From NCBI GenBank assembly GCA_021613535.1, contig CP075495.1, positions 9,610,001-9,674,000 on the forward strand: a DNA stretch of 64,000 bases. The letters run 5' to 3'. A program made the translations under genes and the position numbers. Below are positions 53,801 through 64,000 of this stretch, piece after piece (the stretch's first letter is position 1; each line of letters starts with the position of its first letter). The notes beneath the pieces were generated by a model. It was not told the origin of the DNA. It ran no database searches and saw nothing but the letters and a program-made list of their open reading frames with translations. The DNA comes from Adineta vaga (Eukaryota; Animalia; Rotifera).

Positions 53801-56097
53801 AAAATGATGCACATATAACATCATTAACGTATGGAATAGATAACATTTCTTCGTAACATCAATATTTCATTTTTTTTTGTCTATATATATTTGTCAGGAC
53901 ACAAATCACTAAATTAACAAGTGAATTAGAAGAAACAAAAAAATCATTACAAGAAAAAGAAGAAAATGAAAAACAATTCAAAGGTTCGAAAACCTTCATA
54001 TTTGTAGATTGTCAAAATCTATCTTTTGTTTTTTATAGAAACAATGAAAAAATTGGAAAAATCAGCGATACATTATGAAAAAGAATGTATATCAATAAAA
54101 TCCTTATATGAAGATGCAGAAGAACAAATTCGTAGTACAAAAGTTGCATTAGAAAATTCTTATAAGTAATGACAAGCAATATTCTTTTCGATTGATTTCT
54201 TGAAAACAAATTCATTGATTATTCTAGAGAAATTGCCGAATTAAATAAAACGAAAGCAGCGACAGAAAGTAAAGTTGTTGAAGCAACTTTATCAGCGGAA
54301 ATTGTGTTACGTGAAGAAATTCGTATGGCTGTCGATAAAGAACGATTGATATCTCGACAAGAACAAGAAAAATTACAGATGACAATCGATGAATTAAGAC
54401 ATTCGATTCAACGTGGTGAAGTTCAATTAAATCGACGAGAACAAGTTCTACGACAAGAAGTCAATGATCTTCGACAAGTAATTTACTTCGAATATTCAAA
54501 TTGAATTAACTCTATGAATTATCTATTCATTCTAGAGACTTCAAGAAGCAGAATCACGAAATGAAGAATTAACACAAAATATTTCCAATGGTATAATTCA
54601 CTCAATCTCGAAGTTCTATTTTCAATAATGTTTTTCTCTTAGCTACACGTCCACTTCTTCGTCAAATTGAAAATCTTCAAACTTCATATGTAACACAAAT
54701 AAATTCTCTTGAAAAAACTGAACGTCAATTAACTGATCGTCTTGGTATGTACAAGGAAAATTTCTTCAATTATCTTTTGAAAAAAAATCTTTCATTTTCA
54801 GCTGAAATGCAAATGCAGTATGCAACAAGTGTTGAACATGAACGTATAGCTAATGAAACTTTATTAGAGACGAATGCTAAATGGAAATTAGCTGATGTTC
54901 AATTATCAACTTTAAAACAAGATAAAATGCGTTTAACTTCTGAACTGGATATTTTAAAAATGAAATTAACAAATTTTGAAGATGCAAAATTAAGGTGAGA
55001 AAAAAAACGAAAAAACAAAATACACATTGAACATAAGATTGTTTTTCTTTCTAGAGAAAAAAGTCAAATTGAATCGATGCAAGAAGCATTTACTCAACAA
55101 ATTAATAGTCTTATTCAAGAAAAGGTTTGAAATTCAAGTTTTATTTAACTTCTCGATCAATTGTGTTGTTCATCTTCAGAGACAACTTGAGTTAGATGCT
55201 GAAGTTGAAAGATCAAAGCATGAAAGTGATTTTAAAAAATTACAAATTGTTCATGATGCACTAAAAGAACAAGTAAGAGGATACATTTTCTGTCGTTTGA
55301 ACCAAAACAAATGAATTCTTCGTTCTAATGATTCTAGCAAAATCTATATGATTCCAATTCGATGCATCGTACAAATTCAAGTCTTGAAACAACACTTGCT
55401 CATCAACGTAGTCGCCGTTCATCTGGTGGACAGGATACGCCAACATCATTTACATTTGAACGTTCTGCTGTAAGAATCAACTTTATACATGTGATTATAA
55501 AGAGATAAATTCTTGATTTTGTAGTTTGTTCCAACGCCAAAACCAAGTGTATATGAATCACTACGAAATACAGGTGCAATAGCAGTATTAGAAAGTTTAG
55601 AAGCACAATTGAAAGAAAAAGAAGGAGAAATTACATTATTACAAGTAAAAGAGAAATCGATTGTTTTCAAATTTGTAAACAATATGATTCGTTTCAGAGT
55701 GAAATTTCAGATCTAGAACGAACACGAGAATCAATGGCAAGGGAATTAGTTAATTTATCAACAGAAAATGAAAAATTAAGACAACAAACAAACAATTATC
55801 CAGTATTAAATGAACAATACAAAGTATGTCGATAAGAAAAATAAGAACAAAAAGATTTATTTTAATCAATGATTGATTTCAAATAGGATTTAGAACGACG
55901 TTATGATGCACTTTTAACCATGTATGGAGAAAAACAAGAAGAAGCTGATGAACTTCGACTTGATTTAGCAGATGTAAAGACACTCTATCGAGCACAGGTA
56001 AGTGTTATTAATTGAATTATTTTTGGAAAGAAATTTGAATCATATTCTATTTATTTAGATCGATGATTTAATGAAACACAATTCTCATTTACGATGA
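50851..56097 (+). CDS. TMF1: TATA element modulatory factor (golgin TMF1/ARA160)
   Basis: LINAQKQIDKVLDI, SSDIEVIS, EKEEQIQQLLEEGEKLSK..STIIKKLRAKEKE, ATRPLLRQIENLQ, LKEKEGEI, YDALLTMYGEKQEEADELRLDLADVKTLYRAQID. Confidence 0.95.
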
Positions 56098-56357
56098 TGG
56101 AATTCTTCACAATCTTCTTTTCTTGTTTTTTTTCTTCTTCTCTTCTATTCCATCATTCCGAATAACTACAACAAGTGATGTTGAATCTATTGTGATACAC
56201 GTTTAGTTCTGCTGATATTGTTAATTTATTAATTTATCTCGTTTATTATCATATCTTGTGTTTTTTTTTCTTTTTAAAAAATATATAATAATAAGAGGAG
56301 AGAGAGAAAGAGAAAATAAATCGATTTTTATTTATAGATAACCTCTATACATCTCAG

Positions 56358-57764
56358 ATGTCATTACCAGATAGTTATGCGTGTCGTTCAACAATTTATT
56401 CATCATTGGAAAAACTTTTTTGTTCCCATTCATCAATACCATATCCATCACATGTTTATATTCATGGAAATCATAATACTGGAAAATCAACTTTAGTTAA
56501 ACATGTACTTAGTCATCAGAATCATTCCATTCTATGGTTTGATTGTCGAGAGATTTATTCATTAAATATGTTCTATCATACATTTATGTCATCATTAACA
56601 ATGAATTTAACTTCATCAATGAAAAATTTCAAACTATGATACAACTGGACATTTACTTTATTTGTTATATAAATTAAATGAATTAACATTAGGTTATTTT
56701 CATCATTCACTTATTCTAATTGGACATCAACCATTCTATCAATTACCACATATGAATCAAATCGAAACAGAATTAGGTGTCTTAACACCAATAACTATCT
56801 TTATACCAGCTTATACTCGTACAGAAATTGTTGGAATTTTACAAAATATACTTATACGTATGAAATTGAATAGAAAAAAACATAAAACTATAAATTTAAG
56901 ATATATTTTCTTCTAGAACAACAAGATATTCTTCCATCGTCTATATCTCAAATACAAATTATCATTGAATTGGCACTTCAAATTTTCTATGCAGTTACAA
57001 ATGATCTTGTCGAATTAAAAGATATGTCAACCATGTGTATTAAAGATTTCTTACGTGTTAATGCAAAAAAACAAATGAATGATGATGGTATCAATAATGA
57101 TTATCGTATACTTTATCAAAAAGAATTTTTCATGCAGGTATATTATTGATCTCTAAGTTAAGATTTATATGAGACTGAAAATTATTTTGCTCTCTAGGTT
57201 CTCAATTCTGTGTATACACGTGCAATGAGTATTCCAAAATTTCTCGATACACACACAGCTGATGAAGAAACAAGTGAAAATGCTACTCATATTGTATCAA
57301 TGAATAATAAAAATAACAATTGTGATCTTCCATTATCAGCAAAATATCTTTTAATTGCGATCTATTTAGCAACACAAAATCCTATTAAATACGATCGAAT
57401 GTTATATGATAAACAAAGTCAAGGTAAAAAAAGTCGACGAGCAAAAATTATGCATAAACGTACTCAACTTGACACAGCAAAAATCGAATATTTACCATTA
57501 TCATCAAATAAACCGATTGCATTGAATCGTCTTTTGGCTATTTATTGTTCTTTACAAGGTGATACACTTCCATTAACAAATCAAATCTATACTCAATTAG
57601 CTTTATTAACTTCGATGCGTTTAATTGAACTTGTTGGAGGTTCAAATGAAAGTGGAATTATTAATTTAAATGAACCAAAATATCGTTGTATAAGTTCAAG
57701 TGATTGTATTCGACGTCTGGCTTCATCAATTGACTTTAAAATTGATGATCTTCTTCTTGTCTAA
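56358..57764 (+). CDS. ORC5: Origin recognition complex subunit 5, interrupted by a frameshifting deletion near 56630 (pseudogenised allele or assembly error)
   Basis: Walker A YIHGNHNTGKST, WFDCRE, LYKLNEL, IFIPAYTRTEI, DLPLSAKYLLIAIYLATQNPIKYD, LNRLLAIY, QLALLTSMRLI, LNEPKYRC. Confidence 0.85.
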
Positions 57765-57928
57765 AAGTTTCATAATGTGAAATAGATGTATATTTTTCAT
57801 ATCAATTGTCAGATAATTAATAAAAAAAAGTAAACTTCAATAGATTGCTCAGATAGATATAGAAGAAGAAGACTTTTTTTTTATTTTTAAATATTCGGTG
57901 GCAAATGAATAGAAAAGTAGATGAAATT

Positions 57929-60900
57929 TTACATCCAACGAAAGAATACTAATGTCGTTATAAATAGTAGAATTATTGTGATCAGAAGCTAGAATTAAAA
58001 ATAGAAGAATTCATTTTGATGATATATAGAGAGAGCGAGAGGGGCATTTCTTTACCTTAAATTGTTCGTCATAGAAAATGATTGTTGTAATTTTAAAATA
58101 AGCAATTGTACAAGGAATATAAGATTCATCCGATTTAGGAATATTCAATGTTCGACAACTAAAAAAGAAAATTGAAATGAAAAAAAATCAATTCTCTCTC
58201 TTTACATAGAATTTTTCTAAGTAAATTCTAATAAAGATTCAAATCTAAATCATACTATTGATAAATAGTTTGTAATCTTCGATATCGATTTGATACTAGT
58301 TTTTCATCGAACTTAACACCAATTTTATTCCAAATATGCAGTGGAATTGTATTGTTCAAGTCTGATTCTTCTTCGATTTGAGCTAAATTATATAAACCCT
58401 AAATAAAATGGAGAACAACATAATCAATATTATTTTCAAGTCTTCAATCGAAAATCTTTTACTTGTGGATCACCAATTTGATACAAATGCACATAAAGTT
58501 GTAAAACTCTAGTTAAATTGACTTTCTTTAATTGATAATAGTTAGCAACAGTTAATAAAGCATATGAATCAATATTTAAATTATCACCATGTATCATTAA
58601 ATACATATTCAAAAAATCTTCGACACAATCAAATGAAGTTTCATTTTTAAAGTCTTTACATAAATAACCAGCATTGAAATAACCAAGTTCTACACCGGCT
58701 AAAGCAGCTTGAACATAGAAGAGAAATGATGTTTGCCTATATAGAAGAAAAAACACAGAAGTAATTCGTAAGTTTGTTTTAGATCATTTACCATCGTCGA
58801 TCTCGATAGGCTTCCAATGCTCGTCGGACAGTTGTTCCTATTACTGAACTTTCTTCGGCAACATATCGTGACCAACTAAATAAATATGAGTCAATCTATA
58901 AATATCAATTGATCAAATATTTTAAATTACATTGCTGCAAGCCAAGGATTTCTAATGATAACAGGATGTCCTCCACGAGCATTATGATGTGCTACAACAA
59001 GTTTAGAATCGATTTGTCCATGTTGTGCTGCGAATGAAAAGTATCTCCAAGCTCGAACATGATCTACAATGTAATGAGGCGGATAATGACCAGTTGTCCA
59101 CATTACACCCTAAGAAGAAAACAAATAAATTTCAATTATTTACTAAGAAAAAGATTGCAAAAACGAACAAGATTATGAGCACAATGAATATCATGTGTTC
59201 GATCAAAACAATCTTGCCAATATTGTGCAGCTTTTGTATAATTCTTTTCGATTTCATATGCATGATATCCTTGATGAAAATGAAGATAATAAAAATCGAT
59301 TACATATGAAAATAGAAAACCTAGAGCAACTTGAGCACCAAGATAACCATGTTCAACAGCCTTTTCAATTTGACGAATCGCTTCAGTTACATTCTTTTTT
59401 ATGCCTTGTCCCTTTTATTTATCGAGAACATTGATGAAGAAATAATCGAAAAGATTAGAATTTACTTTTAAAAGAGCTAATCCATAACCGAAATGAGATA
59501 AAGCATCATGTTGAGCAGCACCTAATCGAAAATAATCCACAGCTGCTTGGATATTTCGTGTTAAACCATTACTACCGGAATACATCAATGCACCCAAACG
59601 ATTCTAAATAGATTTTTTTTAAAGAACAATAGCATTACTTTTTGCGTATTCAGAAAAATATTAGTTTTTAAAATACTTGAGCTGATGCTACACCTTGTCT
59701 TGCTTGTTGTTTGAGCCAATAAAACGAATCACTTTTATCAAATGTTAATTCATCAATAAGTTTATCATCCGTAAGACGTATATATTCCATTGATACCTAT
59801 AAAAATGTGATCTTTTAAATCAAACATATTAGTCACAATAACTAACTTCACCAGATTTTGGATTGTAGAGCTCATTTTTCGACGTTAAAGCTATTTCTCG
59901 ATAATAAACTAAATATAAATGAATTGATTAGCGTGTTTTTTTTCCATCTGAAATGCAATGAACAAACCATAGGCAGCATCATAATCGATAGGAACACCAT
60001 CCAGACCATAAAGATGTCGATGTCCGAGAGCAAGTAAACTAATTCGATCATGATGTAATGCACCCGAAAAGAATAATTCAAGCGCCTATTTAATGAAATA
60101 AGAGAAAAAGAAAGAAATGGATCGTTTTATTTTTAATTTAACTAAACTTTTACTTTATATCATCAGTATTTTAACTATTATTCTTGCTGTTACAATTCTT
60201 GTTCTATCTCTTCTTACTGCTCAACGAACAGGAGTATATGGCCGTCAAACTTATGCACCAGAAAAATCAATTATTATTCAAGATTTTCATTTTCTTATAT
60301 CTGTTTGTATTGGTGGATCAATATCAACTATATTCGTATGTTTATATGGAATTTATGCAACTTATTATGAATCGAAACTCTTTCTTCTCATTCATTGTTT
60401 ACTTGTTTTACTTATTCATACATGTTCATTACTCATCGGTTCAGCTATATATTTCGATGAAAGACAGATTGGTGCACCAGCATCAGTCTATTTCTCAGTA
60501 AAACTAAGCAATTATTCAAATAACAATAGAATCTTTTCTTGTTTAGGCTCATTACAATTATGCTCTTCTAACATATTCATATCTTTCTATACATAATACA
60601 TCATTTCTACCGAATGATCTTTATCGTTATGGAAAAACTTCTCCTACGATAGATATTATTTTTGATCTAACATTAGATCTTGTTCATCGACGACTTCAAT
60701 GTTGTGGACTTATGGGTGTAGGCGATTTTGCTGAATTACACGTTCCTATTCCACCATCATGTTTTCACTCAAATGGAATATCATATAAATCTTCTTGTCT
60801 ATTCAAATTTCGATTAGAATCGATTGATAAAGCTCAATCATTTGCAATATGTATTTATATGATGGGAATTCTCACAATTGTTTCATGCTTAATTGATTCG

Positions 60901-63164
60901 ATATTATTACGAGAATTCTTTCAAGATCAATTACTTGAACATATGATTGAAAGATTAACAAATTTTTCACAAATAATTCAACCAATGAATGACAAAACTA
61001 CGCAATCATTGAAACCTCAAATTCAGCAATATGTAATCGATTATTTGCTTGAAGGTGCGACATGAACAAAAAACGGTAACATACTCGAGTTGAATTACGT
61101 TCTAATCCACAAAGACCAAATTGATAAAATGTAGCCAGAAGTGAATGAGCACCTGGATGACCATAACAAATCGCTTGTTCAGACCAAGAAATAGCACGAT
61201 CACAAACAAGATCAAGTTGATCACTTTCCTAGAAATATGTTAGTTTTATTCTAAGCTGACTTTTATATTCATAAAAATTTTCTTACAAGTAATTTAATTG
61301 TTAAATCAAAAATTTTATTTCCTACATCAGTTGTAGAATTGATTTGTTGTCGGCGTAAAGCTCGAAAAATTCTGTAACGAATATCATCCGATGCTTTAAA
61401 TTGAGTTTTCCAAGTGTGAATAAGAGAACATTGTTGATTCGATTTTTTTAATTGAAATGGTTGAGCATTACAAGTCCCTATCAAAATGATTCAATAATAA
61501 ACAGTTAAATCGAAGAGAAATTTACATTTTTTTTGAAGCCGTTCATTGAATAATTCATACTGTTGAAAACATTGTGCAAATAAATGTATGTAACGTTTAC
61601 ACTGTGGTGAATCTTGAAGAATTGATGGTAAAAATTTCATGGATGACATATCTAATTTCCTGGGTAACTAAAGAGAATAGATCATAATGAAATGAAGCTT
61701 TATAATATGAAACAAACTTGTTCGTAATTTAAAGCTATTCGTCGATATATATCCATTTGACTTATAAATCCTCGAAATGAAGGAGTAATATCACTACCAC
61801 CAATAATGAATGTACCCAATTCATCATAAGAATAATAAAAATTTGGCGAACTTCAACAGATTATTGTTTTAGATTTCCTAATCGAAAAAGATCGTATTAC
61901 CTGTGCATAGCAACGATTGGTTCATTCCAATTATGAAGACAATTTATGTAAACACTCCACTATAATTATACAAACCAGTAATTGAACAAAATATGAAAGA
62001 AGGAAAAAAAACTTGTCTTACTGTATATTCATTAACAATAAATGCGATTCGACACCATTCTTTTTTTGGTATTGAAGCAACTGTTCGTGCACCATTTCCA
62101 AATAAATCATACAAATATCCAAATGTACTTACTGTCATTTGACCTGAAGTTTACAACAAGAACAACAACAGCAACAAAAAACGACAATTTCAATAAGTTG
62201 AAGTTATGAATATTGATATAAGTAAAAAATATACCTTCTCGATTAAGAAAAATTTCTGGAGTTAAATGTGTATTGTTAAATGATAGATGTTGTAAAATAC
62301 CACACTGTATTGTAAAGAATTCAGATGTACAATATTCATCAATAAATATCCAAAATACAATTGAAAATCTAAATAAAATTCGTAATATAATATCTTTCTA
62401 TATAAAAAATACAATTAATTCTACTTGGGACGTATAACTCGACTCTGTTGTTCTAATCGCAGACTATAGTCTTGATATGGTGGAAGAACAAAATGTTTTC
62501 CATACACACCTCCTGTTAATACCAGAGGATAATTGATAATCCGTATTATTTCTAGAAGGAGAGAAATTCATAAATTTATAAAAATTGAAAAGATTTTACC
62601 GGGTTCTTTTTGACATGTAGTTTGTATCGTTGTATTTGTTAAAGGATTCCATCGAAATGAACGAATATATGGACGTTTATCTACTGGAAGAAATCTTACG
62701 TTAGATTGAATACTTTTCAAAATTTGATTTCCATTCTCATATTCATTGTTATACATAATTAAATTTAATTGACCATATTCAATTGGCCATGATTGTAAGT
62801 TTGATTGCGGATCGGAAGCATATGCTAATGAACGATGTAACTTTACACGTATGTAACGTGTTTGAATATGAATTGATTTTTGACAAAACCAATGACGACG
62901 AAAAACAGCGAAATTATATCGATATAGATTCCGTTCAATTCGTATTGATAAAGATATACGACGTCGTGATAAAGATGAACATTTATATTGAATTGTTAAA
63001 TAAATATTATCATTATGAAAAACGGATGGAATATGTTTAATAATGATAAAATCAAGTTCATTTGCTGTAAATCGATCATTTTCATAAGTAATTTGTGATT
63101 GTGTGAAATAAACACAATAGATCAAATAGATGAACATAGTGATAAGAGAGGTTTTCATTTTCAT
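57929..63164 (-). CDS. SEL1L3: Sel-1-like protein 3 (signal peptide, LamG-like region, Sel1 repeats, C-terminal TM)
   Basis: Signal peptide, IQYKCS, EWCRIAF, LALGHRHLYGLDGVPIDYDAAY, FYWLKQQARQGVASAQ, GALMYSGSNGLTRNIQAAVDYFRLGA, GYFNAGYLC, QGLYNLAQIEEE, C-terminal TM. Confidence 0.85.
60117..61065 (+). CDS. Tetraspanin nested antisense within a SEL1L3 intron, 2 exons (60117-60497, 60547-61065)
   Basis: Three N-terminal TMs with GIYATYYESKLFL, EC2 DLVHRRLQCCG...PIPPSC...YKSSC, fourth TM; 49-nt GT-AG intron keeps the frame. Confidence 0.88.
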
Positions 63165-64000
63165 GATTGAAAAAGAACGGTATAATGATCGTTTCTGAGA
63201 CGAAGAAACTAATATTAATAATGAAGAATAGATACATATGGTGCCATGTTTCACACGTGGCAAAAAGAAGAAATTTATTCTTTTCAAATACATAAATAAA
63301 ATCAAAAGAGAATCGAAAGATATATTATTATCAAATTATTCCTATAATTCAAAATTATTGAATTCATTTCTATTTATCACATAAATTATGTATTACATAT
63401 CGTCAAAAATGAAAAATGATCTATAACGAATGTTTGACGGTTCATTGAGCAATAACTTGTCATGTTTAAAAACACTTTATGAACTATAAACATATCTTTT
63501 GTTCATATAGAAGTTACAAAATACGGTGATAGCGTGCATATTGATGTCTTCATTAAAACAATATAGTATACCAAAGTTCAATGCTTTTCTAAAGTTATTT
63601 CATGTTTTCTTTTCTCTTCTATTGTTAAACAATACAATTAGAATCCGTTGAATTTGTTTCAGTTTCAGGAAGTTAGTCTATTTGCATGGATTTTGTAAGG
63701 ATTCTAAGATTGAAGAAAGGATCTTAAAAGTACGTTCATAATATCATTAGAATAAAACAAAAACATATCACGATTAATCTTCCACATGGCAACATATCGA
63801 TATCTTGTTATCATCTATTCTATTTTATTATTATTTCAAACTACATTCACTAGTAGCGACAGATATGAGTAAAATAATAATACATTTGTTTACTTTTAGA
63901 GTATTTACATAATCATTAGATAATATTTTAGAGGGTGTGGGTGGAGGAAGTTTTATCTTATTCCTCCGCCTTTCTCCTCTGTTCGTAACTACCCATCTAT

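Overview
AT-rich eukaryotic genomic DNA, densely packed with about 24 genes split by short (~50-70 nt) GT-AG introns. Clearly metazoan genes (G3BP, Olig/BHLHE22-type bHLH, RAB14, EEA1, RIF1, PEX11G, CC2D1/Lgd, TMF1, ORC5, SEL1L3, tetraspanin) are interleaved with 7-8 genes of bacterial, fungal or plant type (YbhE/Pgl lactonase, Phi-class GST, zinc-less Fpg, LGA1-like DHDPS-family aldolase, DUF2252, DltE-like SDR, GH1 glucosidase, YacP-like NYN protein). I infer from this mix that the source is a bdelloid rotifer (Adineta/Rotaria-like); this was not checked by search. Most interesting: (1) a protein with ~5 CUE/UBA-like repeats fused to a YacP/Rae1-like NYN RNase, a candidate ubiquitin-guided ribosome-associated nuclease; (2) a ~175-nt multi-stem RNA structure in an unusually long RIF1 intron; (3) a tetraspanin gene that fills almost a whole intron of SEL1L3 on the opposite strand; (4) a foreign-type GST with three perfect Nrf2/CncC antioxidant response elements; (5) a macin/CSab-like secreted Cys-rich peptide; (6) operon-like gene pairs with splice acceptors just before the ATG; (7) frameshifts in RIF1 and ORC5 and an eIF2-gamma pseudogene. 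All family calls come from motif recognition by eye.
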